A stretch of 63,994 bases of DNA, the filler included, from Thelocarpon superellum (Eukaryota): NCBI GenBank assembly GCA_026025795.1. It is 4 parts of 4 records of this genome, joined end to end, with 100 filler letters (N's around TTAATTAATTAA, not from the genome) between each part and the next. Parts side by side here need not be neighbours in the genome. Positions count along the whole stretch, not along the records: positions 1 to 16,888 come from JAPEUG010000382.1; 3 more parts are not named here. One strand, given 5' to 3'. The notes beneath the pieces are model-generated. The model saw nothing but the letters and a program-made list of their open reading frames with translations. It made no database searches and had not been told where the DNA came from. Each line of letters begins with the position of its first letter. The stretch's first letter is position 1. The position numbers were made by a program, and so were the translations under genes. Shown piece after piece: positions 1 through 11,886 of the stretch.

Positions 1-858
1 TCGCTCACAATCGATCTCAATAAACCCGTCACAGGTTCTCGTGACCCCTTTTAACAGCCTCGGGAGCCAACGATACTATGATCTGGGCGCTGCAAGCTCT
101 TTTAGCGTGAAATACGAAGAGCAGGTCCGTCCGAACGAGCTGGCATGACGGAGTGTCCCTAATCGTGATACAGGAAGCCTATGCCGTCCTTCCTCACAAC
201 GTCCACTCCCAACGCCTCCCCCTTCTGTAGGTATTTCGTCGACGTGCGCAGGTCAACTCTGACCTTCTCATCAGGAAGTCGATTCGTCAATCCATGTCCG
301 CGCATGCGTCTGAGCATTTCCCAAGCGGAGTCATCGGGGTGTATCCTTGCGAGAAGGATACAGCAGTTGCCATTGTCCTTGCGTCGAACAAATACAGCCC
401 ACAGAACTTCTGGTAGGCCGTGTCCCCCATGGGGTCTCGCCATACTGACGGCTTTTCCCAGGAACGGCCGATGGCGTTCTCAATACATCTACTCGCCCGC
501 GAATTCCAATCTGACGGGGAGCATTCGAATCGACGTGCACTATTACGAGGATGGCAATGTTCGACTGCTGACGGAGAAGCCCATCTCCGTGAGTCTCTCA
601 TCATCGGCTGGGCCGGAGGAGATCGTGCGTCACATTGCCCTGCTGGAGAGAAAATACCAAGAGGAGGTCAATCGGACGTTCAGCACTCTGAGCGAAGGAG
701 CGTTCAAAGGTCTACGCCGACAGTTGCCGATCACGAGACAAAAGATTGATTGGGAGAAGATTAGCAGCTATCGGGTGAGTTGGTCTGGTTGGACGAAGAG
801 GATGATACTGATGACCGTCTAGTTGGGACAAGATATTGGAGGGGGAAGAAGTAAGTAG
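1..858 (+). CDS. CAP1: F-actin capping protein alpha subunit (5'-partial, multi-exon)
   Basis: Spliced translation gives ...SNKYSPQNFW|NGRWRSQY...GSIRIDVHYYEDGNVRL...LSEGAFKGLRRQLPITRQKIDWEKISSYR|LGQDIGGGRSK*. HYYEDGNV and KxLRRQLPITR are capping-protein alpha signatures. Last intron is 775-822 and the stop is TAG at 856-858. Confidence 0.93.
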
Positions 859-1491
859 AGATGTGGGCGTGTGACGGATGAGGTGATGGAACGGATGCTA
901 TGGATGATGATTACGGTCGACGAAGGAATCCAAAGTGATCTTGACGAAGCACTCCGGCGAGGGCGTTGTACGAGTACGCGGCAGACGGGTGCTCGTAGCA
1001 TTTGCTTCCAATCCGTCGCGTCTGATTTGCTCGCCCTCCAGACATCCCTGATCCGAGCGACGAGCGGCGAGCAAAGGAGCGAACTCGGCAGCAAGCCTCG
1101 ACACGAGGCAGTAGCGTAGCGTCGGCAGCCACCATGCGAGTACTCGTAGCGGTAATGCTCGGCAGGTAGCTCGAGGCACCCGTACATTTGTATGGGCGAT
1201 CAACACAACCTCGACTTATCGCAACTGACCCGCCCATCCCTCGAGCCTCCTTGGTTGAGCGATCTTGTTCTTCTCGTCACCGTCGTCTGCGCCGTGGTGG
1301 CACCACACGCTTCTCTCTCGCAGAATAGCGTTCCAGTTGGTCTCGTCACCCGCATACCCCTGGCTTTACCCTACGTTCCCGGCCCTGGACCGAGGTTCGT
1401 CTCGTCGCGAATACCTCGACAGTCTCCCATCCCAAACACCCGTCCAACATCCACTGGTCACCTAATTCCTCAAACACCACCCACATTGAAC

Positions 1492-2233
1492 ATGTCGTCG
1501 CCGGCCACAGATTCCACCGCGGCAACAACGCCACCAGCAGAGAGCGAATCGGCGGGCTTGACCTACGCAGACGTGGCAAACCATACCAAGAAAGAGGACT
1601 TGTACGTCGTCATTCACGATCGCGTCTATAATGTCACGGAGTTTGTGGACGAGCACCCGTATGTTCCCTCACGTCCCTCATCTGGCCATGCTTCACCTTC
1701 ACCACCCACTCACCCACCATACATACGCACGACCTGTGCCATACCTCGTGCAGGGTCTGCAAAAGGGTGACTGTGGCTAATGCTGACACGTCTGGTGAAG
1801 TGGCGGCGAAGAGGTCATGCTCGATGTAGCAGGCCAAGATGCAACGGAAGCGTTTGAAGACGTGGGACATAGCGACGAGGCGCGGACTACGCTGGAGCAA
1901 TTATACGTGGCGCCGTTGAAGCGAGTGGTGCGTTACCTGCCCATCACCCCGGTTCTCTTCTCTTCTCTCCTCTCTTACCTTTCTTTCTCTCATCCCCTCG
2001 GACAAGCACGGGTATAGCGAAAAGAACAGCAGATTAACGGCGGGATGAACGAAACACAGAAAGGAGATCCGGCGCCCAAGTCGCGTCCGCCGGCCAAGAC
2101 AAGCACAGGAACGGAGTACGACTCAGGCACGGGCATGGCCACGGGACTGGGGATAGGCTTGTACGCTGCCATTGTGGTCGCTGGTGCCGCGGCGTGGTAT
2201 ACGTGGCGGACTTTGTCGTCCCAGGAGGAGTAG
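1492..2233 (+). CDS. CYB5: Cytochrome b5, tail-anchored (3 exons)
   Basis: [48 protein letters not shown] contains the HPGG and GHS heme ligands. Intron 1659-1800 splits HP|GG. C-terminal TM segment [21 protein letters not shown]. Confidence 0.93.
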
Positions 2234-2632
2234 AATGGTCGCCTCCGGCATGGAGGTAGGTGATGTGATGGTGATGGTGGCGGTGGTAAGAGCTGGAGGA
2301 GAGTAGGCCGTTGATGGTCCGAGGACGCGAAAGGGGAGGATGTAGGTTTTGGCAGAAGAGGGAATGGAGGCAGAGAGTGTGGGCGGGATGGAAGTGGTAG
2401 ACGGGGAAGAGAGAGCAGAATGTACAATACGAGAGTTTCCGTCACTTCAAGACCATATAATACTACCGATAGGGATACAGTAGTACAACTCGTTGCAGAA
2501 ACGCCGGATGAAGCATACCACTGGCGGGCTGCGCCCTCCGCCCTCCGCCCTCCTTCCTCCACACATTCCATCCACATCCACGCTAGATTCGCACGAGGTA
2601 CGCATTCACTCCCACTGCATTTACAGCATCAA

Positions 2633-5232
2633 CTACTCATACGTGCGAGCTTGCGCACCAGGCGGCAAGAACAGTTCTCCCCCGCCGACACCCTGCCCTG
2701 GTGCCTGTGGTGGATATCCTTGTCCTTGTCCTTGTCCTTGTCCCTGGCGGTAATAGTCCCCAGGGTTGCCACCAGACGGTATCCGCTGCCCGGCGGGCGA
2801 ATATGCAGGATATGCTTGCCCTTGCCCTTGTCCTTGCGCCTGAGACGGCGGCTGGCTGGTGTTGCTGAGCACGGGATAGCCGCCAGCTTGGATTTGCGAT
2901 TGCGGTGGCGCTTGTGACGGAATTTGGGTCTGGGATTGCGACGGAGCGATGGGATAGCCCTGGCTCTGTTGCTGGCCTTGCGGGATGGACTGCCCGGTGG
3001 GTGATGGGATCCGGCCGGCGTCAGTGCCGTAGGGTGCGTATCCTGTCGGGGGACCATGTGGGGGGCCATGGCCAGCTCCGGCCGGTGGGTAACCGGCTTG
3101 AAGAGCGGCGGGAGGAGCGGGCGCAGAATGCGATGGTGCGGGCGGATACACGTTGCTGGTGGTGGGAAGGGGAGGAGCGTCTTCGGGCGTGTAGACCGAA
3201 GGCGAGTACTCTTGTCCAGGAGCCTGGCCTGGTGGGGTATGTTGGGGTTGGGGTGGGTGAGAGGGATAGTCGGCGTACTGTTGCGCTTGTTGCTGCTGGG
3301 GCTGCATGCGATTGTCCACTGGTGGATCGTAGCTTGTCGTTGCTAGTTCTTGCGGCGGCGGGCGGTAGGGAATCGCGCCGCCAGCTGGAGGACGGCCCGC
3401 TGCTTGTTGTGCTGGTGGAATAGACGATGGTCGTTGCCCGCTCGCCACGTAATAGGGCGTGGGGCCACTCGATGGTCGCTGCGTAGGATCTTGATGGCCA
3501 TCTAATCGGAGGTAAGCTCTATCAGGAGCTTCTTCAGATGGTCCTCCATTACTACCTACCGGGACCATAATATCGCTGCGGATCTCCCTGATTGGCTGGG
3601 GGGGCGTAACCTGGCCCGCCTCCATATCCGCCATAGCCGCCTTGTCCCTGGCCTGGACGTCCATACACGGGCTGTGCTGGCTGGGACATGGAGCTTTCCA
3701 GGAGGTTCTCGTAGTCTCGGCGCGCCTTGATGAACTTTTCGTTGAGTTGCGTGAAATCATCTTCCTATGGTTAGCCGTGTCGCGCATCTCCGCCTGAAAC
3801 GGTCTCACCCTTTCTTTGAGAGTACTTTCCAATCAACTCAATCAACTTCGGGCGAATCGCCAGGGTCGAGTGATAGAGTGTCTGAAACATCAGCGGAGGA
3901 CTCCAGAAGGATGACGTGTGGAACAGTGAGCTCACCGTTATCTCCTCGTTCTCCTGCACGTCCAGTTCCGATGAAGACGTACTCAACAAGGTGAGTAATT
4001 TCTCCACATTCTTGATCTCTGCAAACACTTCCGCCTCCATCTGTGCTTCTCGTTGAAGCTCTTCCTGCGTCGGGTCCGAGAGTTTCTCCACATAATTCAG
4101 GGGGAAGATGCCCGTCTGCCCCCGCAGTGACCCTTTCCACCAGTCCTTGTAGACCGACTCCAGCACGGCAATGATGTCGCCTTTTCGGAATTGCAGCTCG
4201 CCAGGCTCCGATGGCTGGAAATCGTACAGTGCTCGCACACGAGAGACGGTGGCGGCGGTCGTGCCGGACGGCACGGGTTGCGGATGGGTCGATTGGGCCG
4301 ACTGGGACGATCCAGCGCCCAGGGCCGGACCAGGCCGTGAGGCACCCGCTGCAACCCCACTCGACTTATCCTTGATGGATAAAGCCAGTGCCATCTGCAG
4401 CTCTTCCTCCTCTTTTTGCCGGTCGACATTGGTGATCTCCTGTTTGTGTGGTTTCGACGGAGGTTGCAGGTTTGGATCTGCATTAGTCAGGAGTTGCTCG
4501 CTGCTTCTCACCACGGATGGCACCTACTTTGGCTCTTCAACTTCATATACTGCTGCTCCATAATCCCCAGATCGGGATCTTGCGAGAACATCTCCGTCCA
4601 TTCCGCCATCCTTTCCAGGATCTTGGCCTTGACCTGTTGATGCGTGTTCTGGGCGGGCATTAGCATCGCCATAAGGCCTACCTGGCTTCTCCCCTTTCAC
4701 TCTTACCCTGTCATTGGCAAGGCGTAGTAGAGCATCGGTAAAGGATCGTGAGGCCAACTCTCGGTGCATTTGCGGGCCACAGTTCTGTGACAGGGCGTTC
4801 GCCAACTGGTGCCGTCAGTCAGGATACCCCTACAAAATCCAGCACTCGCAGACGCACCTCCAACGTGTACAGCTGGACGTTGGCATTTCGATGCGCCAGC
4901 CGCTTGATCATCGTGGCCACGGCGTCCTTGGCACTGACGGGAGGGGAGCACTGGTCAGCTCGGTGGACTTGAATGTCGTCATCAACCATACACGCACCCA
5001 GTATCGGCCGAGGCAACTTTGTCACACACATCCTGCGGAAGCTCAGCTACTCGCTCGGAGCCTCATCTCCGCGATCAACATACCATGATGTATTCCCAGT
5101 TCTCCGACGTCAGATTCTCGTCCGTCGCCTTGGCTGCGGCCTAGGTCAGCATGGCCTATCGACATGCCGAGTCAGGTGGGGGCGCCACCTACCGACGACA
5201 TCGTCGAACGCGTTCTGCTGGGCGCGGAACAT
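2633..5232 (-). CDS. HSE1: ESCRT-0 subunit Hse1/STAM (VHS-UIM-SH3-GAT, Pro/Gln-rich tail; multi-exon)
   Basis: Starts MFRAQQNAFDDVV|AKATDENLTSENWEYI (VHS). UIM KEEEELQMALALS, SH3 VRALYDFQPSEPGELQFRKGDIIAVLESVYKDWWKG...GIFPLNYVE, then GAT-like helices. The exact 3' end follows the ORF stop at 2633. Confidence 0.92.
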
Positions 5233-6191
5233 GATGACGGCCAGGCAAGAGGTCGGCAAACGGGAAGAAAGGGATTGGCCTCGACCTCCGATGGTTGGAA
5301 GATTGGAAGCCTGCACTGGCCGGGGCGTCGGGTGATATGGGCCTCCGCTGGACGAGCAGTCGCCTAGTTGCGCAACTGGTCGGGATGATCACAGTAACCA
5401 CCATACGTAAGGACGACGGAGCTCTCGTTGTGGCTCCCTCATTTGCTCGCTTGGTTAGCCCCCACCTCTCATGCTGTCTGCCTGACGCGTACCGCTCTGC
5501 TCCTCTCCTTGGAACTAACTACTTCATTAGATACGTCCAGCCTTAGCATCGGTGGAGCTGCAGAGCTGCATTTAGCGACGACCAACCATGACCCCAGTCC
5601 CCCACATCGGCCCCCTCCCCGTCTCGGCACATCGATGGAACGCGGATGTTGGAGGCGAGGCGCTTCATTGTGCGTAGACATAACTACTAAGTAGTAGTGG
5701 CGGTGGTTTCTTTCCACGTCACTTCCTTGATGCGTACGCTGCGCCGAGCACGACTCAGAGGCGGCCACGTCTTGGGCGCGATTGGGTCTAATCGATACCA
5801 TTGCTTACATTCGTCCGAGGACCTTCTATGTCTGAGCCACCGATGCAAGTTCCTACTGTCGAGAAATATCATCATCGTGCTGGAGTGAGCCAGTCGCGCA
5901 GAAGAAAAAGAGATAGAGAAAGATGAAGAGCACAGCGACCCATGTTGGACAGACTCGGCGTGATGACAGTCCGTCGTCACGTCATTCACCGTCGTGAATG
6001 TACGTCCACCGGTCCTCCATCCGCACCACCACGGTCCGACTCCACACACACCCCACCCCTATGTTGTAGTAGATGGGATCGTCAGCCGGGGAAGAAGAAC
6101 AGGACAGTCCATGACGCCTCAAGACCGGTGGCCTTCGCCACTAAAGATCAAAGATGATGCAAGAAAGAAATAGAGGGAGATGCAGCCGAGA

Positions 6192-9083
6192 TCAGCTCTT
6201 GTTCGACCGCTCCTCGCGTCGCGAGTTGCGTGCCGTCTTGACCAGGGGAGAGAGACTCTCCAATGGTTCGGCCATTTGAATGAAAGGATGCTGCCCTCGC
6301 CGTCAGCCACGTAGTCAGCACGGACGCATCGCCATCTCACTCACCCGTAATAGGTCATGCGCTGACGCACGTTTCTCTGGGTCGACCTTGAGGGCAAAGT
6401 GGAGGAAATCCTTGAAGGTGGGGCTCAGGTTGTGCTCCTCCTTGATCTGCGGCGTGCCATTCGTCGCGATGAGATAGAGCGCCCGAAGCGGGGACTCTGT
6501 CAGGTACGGAGGCTCGCCCTCAATCATCTCGATCGCCATGATCCCGAGGCTCCAGATGTCCACCTTGCGCCCATACTCCTTGCGCGTCACCACTTCCGGC
6601 GCCATCCAGTACGGCGTGCCGACCATCGTCGTTCGCTTGTTCTGGTTGTCGTTGATCTGAGCGCAGAAGCCAAAGTCCGCTGTGCACGAGTCAGTCATCT
6701 GTGCGCGCGTGGTGGACACCCCACGTACTCAGCTTGATGTTGCCCTCCATGGACAAGAGGATGTTGTCCGACTTGATGTCACGGTGAATGACGCCTTTGG
6801 AATGCAGGTGCTGTAAGCCATTCAAGGTCTGCAGCTGCGTCAGTGTTCCGTCGCTCCTCATCTCACGTCGAGCCCCTACCTCTCGACACACGGCGGCAAT
6901 CTGCCCCTCGGTCATGATGCTAAACGTCACCACGTCGGTCAAGCTCCCGCCCTCCATGTATTCCATCACCACCCAGAGGTCGCCACGGACCAGGAAGCTG
7001 TCCATGAAGTTGACAATGTTCCGATGCTTGCTGTCCTTCATCACGAGGATCTCGTTGATGATGAGGTCCTTCTTGGGTTGTTGCTCGAGATTCATCTGCT
7101 TGATGGCCACGCACGAGTTCGTGCCCACCTCGTATGCCGTGTACACCCCGCCGGACGCGCCTTGGCCGATCTTATTCAGATTGCGATATCGCTGCGTCGG
7201 GTCGGCGTTGGTGCAGATGGCATTCAACCGCGCCACGATGTCGATCCCGTTGCTCTGCCGCGGCCGCTGCCGAGGTCGTGGCGCCGGGCCAACGCGGGCC
7301 GTCTGCGCCGGGTGCCCGGCATGCGCCGTGGCGGCAGGGTCCGCGCTCGCCTTCGCCACTGGTGCCGGCGGCGTCGCTTGTCGCTGCTGTTGCTGTGACG
7401 TTGGGACCGGAGGCTTCGGCGCAGCCCGCTTGCTCTGTGTCCGCTCCAGCTGCTGCTTGGCCATGACCTCTTGCGCGCTCGCCAGCGCCTGTTCCTGCTG
7501 TTGCTGGTATGCGAGCTGCGGACTGAGCGGCGAAAAGGCATCCGTGTGTGAGGGCTGAGGAGGAGAATAGCCGGCGGGCGAGGACCGTGACGGCACGGCC
7601 CCGTTCATTTTGAGCGAATTGGACCGCATCCGGCTGCTCTCGAAGGGCGGTGGGGAGGGCTGGGGAGGCTCGGCGTCCAAGCGGAGCTCCGTGCCGGGAT
7701 GTGGCGCCACATACGCGATGGACGGAAGATCCTCGCTGGGGCGGCGGTGGCCCAGGGGGAGCTCGATCGGCGCCGGCGGTGAGAAGCGTCGCGGCTGGAG
7801 GGTGGGAGAGAGCGAGCTGGTCGGCGGCTTGGGGGGAGGACGGTTCGGGACGAAGTGGCTGTTGCTCGGGCCCACATGCGTCGTGGGGGAGATCGGCATC
7901 GGCGGCATCCCAGGCACGCTGCGAGGGATCGGGGGCGGCGCCCGAGGGTTCTCGAAACTGCCCTCGTAGGTACGAGGGAAGCGGGGACTCGTCGGCGGGC
8001 TCATCATGGAGCTCGCGGCGATGCTGGGCGCCGAACTCGGGCTGACAACGGCCCCGAGCCCGTGACTTGCAGGCTCGACAACTCCGTCCTGCGCCTTGGC
8101 CCGACTGAACTTGTGCCAAACTCCTTCTTCACCCTTGCCCTCCGCCGTGTCCTTGTAGAAAGTGACGATGTCCATGATGGTCTGCGGGTTCTGCTCCTGC
8201 TCACGCCGGGTGATGCCACTCTCCTCGATCATCCGCTGCCATTCCTTGGGAAGGCCCTATGACATGTCAGTATGAGATTCACGGGCAACCATGCCATTGC
8301 ACCCACCGTGAATTGTCCCGTCTCGTTATCATATCCCACGTGTGTGACGTGAATCGGGTTGACCGGGTCGGAGATGTTGATGCGACGGGGGGAGCCGCGC
8401 ATGGAGTTCATGAGACTCGAGAAGCCGCTCTTCTTGCGCAGCAGCGTCGTCTTGGAATCGCGCGTCTCGTCGGAGTATCGCTTCGAAGGCGGGGTGATGC
8501 CGGTGTCGGCACGAGCTGACGGGCTGGTCGTTGACTCCACGCTCCGATCGCCATTGGAAAAGCTGGCGGATTGGCGCAAGGTCGGCATGGTGCCGTGCGC
8601 GGCGGGCGTGGAGTGAGCCATGGTGGGCGGGGCGGGGCGACGTGACTTTACGGTCGGAGTATTGGGCTTGTGCGGGTCGGAGGAGAGGGACAGGCTGTCA
8701 AGGCTCGCGGGCGTGCGCTTGATCTCGTCCGACACGCGCCCCGTCGATGAGGACAAGGGCGGCGAGAAGGGCGAGAAGGGCGAGCCACCAAAGGGCTCGG
8801 AGAGGGGACTGAAGTCGGTCGACGCCAGCATCGGCGGGGAGAAGGCGGAGGTGTGTCGATCCGACGACGAGCTCGAGGATGCGTACGCGGCCGGGCTGGG
8901 TGAGGTCGGGGTGCGCTGCAGCTGCGGCGGCAGCTGCTGGCGAGGGGCGTTGGAGGCGTTGGTGGAGGCGCTGGTGCTCGGCGTGGTCAAGCCCGGGTAG
9001 AATCGCGGGTACGTGGGCGCGGACGGGGTGCGGTGAATGGACGCCGAACTGTGCTGGCTGTTGAGCGACGGATGTCGTGACAT
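6192..9083 (-). CDS. STE20: PAK-family Ser/Thr kinase with CRIB domain (multi-exon)
   Basis: [20 protein letters not shown]. Kinase motifs [45 protein letters not shown]. The last exon carries the ESLSPLV G-beta-binding motif and ends ...RSNKS*. The start codon (MSRHPS) is inferred. Confidence 0.93.
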
Positions 9084-11047
9084 GATCTTGCGATGACAAC
9101 CGCCCCGTGCCTCTGGGGCCCTCTCTGTGTGCAGGTGCAGTTGCAGTTGCAGCTGACGGACAGCTCCCGCAGCGGCAGCGATAGCGGCAGCGAGCAATCG
9201 CGGTCGCGGACGCGCTCGCTGTCGCAATAGTGGCGGGTGGTAGTGTGGAGGTGCGGGTGCGGTCAAGCTGGGCGCTGCTCTCTGGGAGGTGGTGGGAGCC
9301 CGTAGCGGTGGGATCGGCAGATGGCCGCGACGGAGGGCGGTAACGTCGTCACGACCGTGGCCACGTCGAGCTGGTACTCAAAGGCTATCGCTCGATGTCG
9401 GCACTGCCGCGACGGGGACGGCGATCCGAGGCGTCGATGCGGCGAGGCGTGGACGGAGGACTGGGGGCATCCACGTTGCGGGCGTCGTTAGTCGGGCATT
9501 ATCGCGAGCGCAGACAAGAGGAAGTGGGTCGACGTCAAGAGGAGGATGGCAGCAGGTGCAGCTTTGTCCGGAGCAGACGGCGAGGTCGACGCCGGATCAA
9601 GGACATGAGCGACACTACCAGTACAGTTAATGACTACCTCTAGCTACGAGTGCCAGTGACCGGCAGTATCGGTGGGGCGCGATTTGGTGGCGCGTTGAGT
9701 GACGGACACCATACCTGCCCTGCCAGCCACTGCGAGACTTGTGCGGCGACCGGGGGTGGGAGGCTCGCCGGGGAACGTGAGGACGGGCGTCTAATGGAAC
9801 TAGAGCCACTCGACCCACGAGTACGAGTAGTGCCGCTCCGATGCAAGGACTGTACGAAGCGTACCACGAATGACATTGACGGCCACTCCACCGTTAGTCG
9901 CCATTTGCCCTTTGCCCTTCGCTAGATTACTGGGGAGCCCTCCATAGACTCCATAGAGGCTTAAGACCAGTCGTCGCTATCCGTTCATAGGGGCCACGAA
10001 AGGGACTCCCTAGTGGCCTGCCAGACCTTTTCTTCCATCTAAGACGGGGCCTGCGGACTGTTACCGCAACTTGCTCGTCTTTGTCTTGACGTGCCTGGCA
10101 CTACCCGCGCCAGCCCACGCCGCCTACCCGAAGGAACGGACGATGATCCATGCAAGCGAGCAGCCAGCAAACTTTGGATTGACTGACGCTGGCAGCGGCG
10201 AGGATGACGAGGGCAAGTGCAGGTAACAGCGCGAGTGACCTGGCACATCTGCGCCTCATCAGGCGCAATTTCACGACGGGTATGGAATGCCGCCTGCGGG
10301 GAAGGGAGGTGGGAAGTGGGTGATGCCGACATTAAGAATGCAAGGCGTACGCCCGTCAGAGGACTACGCCCAACATACGGTCTGAGAGTAGATGTCACCG
10401 TCCCGACGCCGAGCTCGTAGTATTCGCCCTGCAGGGCGCGGAGGCGGAGCCAGCACTTCAATCTCATCGTGGTACGACGTGTCATGGATAGACGACGATA
10501 CTAGCCCTTCCAGGGCAGTCGACAAGAGAGCAGATATTTCTTCCTTGCATTTCGCTTGCGAGTCGCGTCCATGCCACTGCTGTGCCCCATTTCCTATTTC
10601 CCTTTGCCCTCGATCCTGTCGTCTGTCGTAACTTGGTGTGGAGCCATGCCGCACCGGGGCTCTTGTCCAGTCGGCCATGGCGAATCGTCTAATCCGTCGT
10701 TCCGACTTGCTCCCTCTCCGCCATTCCCCACGCGCCGCGCCGCGCCGCACCGCACGAGCGCGGGCACTGGTCGCGAGCGTGAGGCTTGGGGCTTGGTGGG
10801 GAAGTCGAGCCGACGAATCGAACGATTAGTCACCTAAGCTTCAAGCTTCCCGCCCCTACCAGGTCCACGACGCTGAATCTCGGCCCTCGACGCGACCACG
10901 CGCGACCTGACGATGCTTGTCGTTCCAATCCAATTGGCGAAGATGCCGTCGTATGCGAGAGGTGACCAATCGTGTCGCCGCCAATACGTTCGATGATACG
11001 CCCGTGGATAGATATTGCTCACTCTGAGGTAAGTGTTCCTTCAACAC

Positions 11048-11490
11048 GTGATGAAACTATCAATTGGCTCGTCCGGAAAGCAGTATCGGAATGTTGGACG
11101 CATGGCTCTCCAATCTTCCACATGTGCAGGCTGGTGTCATGTTGCACGGATGGTGTGACTTGTTTACAGTCGGGGGCTTTGGGTCAGCTTGGCTCGTGTC
11201 TCCTTCTGTTAGAGCTGCCCGCATGGAAATCGGGTTTTGATCCTTGTACTGCGACCTACAGCTTCTGCCGTAGAATGCGGACCAGCGCGGACGGACAAGG
11301 ACGAAGTCGACGAGTACGGACCTCGTACGGTGGACGTAGTACTCCATTTACTCAATTTTCGAGCAGGCCAAACTGAAACGTGTACCATTATGGAGCGCGG
11401 TAACTTACGGTCCTGGTCTCCCAACGCTCAAGTCTCGGGGTGACGGGGATCTGTTGGCCGATTCGTGGATCATTTGCCAATCCCTGAACA
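11048..11490 (+). ncRNA. Candidate long structured box C/D-type (possibly C/D-H/ACA hybrid) RNA in a putative 5'-UTR intron of SCP160
   Basis: Splice donor GTAAGT at 11029. Perfect C box GTGATGA at 11048-11054. CTGA at 11484-11487 followed by ACA. Several internal hairpins and no credible ORF. Branch site GCTGAC (11745) plus CAG (11776-11778) lies before the SCP160 ATG. Confidence 0.45.
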
Positions 11491-11886
11491 TCCGCAGATC
11501 ATCCAATCCCTGTCCTACGGCATATTGTCTCGATCGTTTCTCTCTTCATGTGGAGCATGTCCGCTTGGCTCTGGCCAGACCTTAGTTACTGGTGAATCGT
11601 CAACGAAATGCTCGCCCATGCTTCAGCCCCACGTACGATAAATTTCCTGGCTCGTCTGCAGCCTGTCCATCCTTAGCACAACACCCTACCTCTTCGACTG
11701 CAGAGACGGACCAGTGAAGCTCAGACTGGCCAGCGACGCCGTGCGCTGACGGCCTGTCCATAATTAATCGAGCCCCAGGGTGCTCCATTTAATCAATCAC
11801 ATCCGCCATCCGCCACCCGCCCTTCGTCGCTCCTCGCCTCGACAGCTGAGGCAGGACCAGACCCTGTACTTGGGCATTGTACAGCC

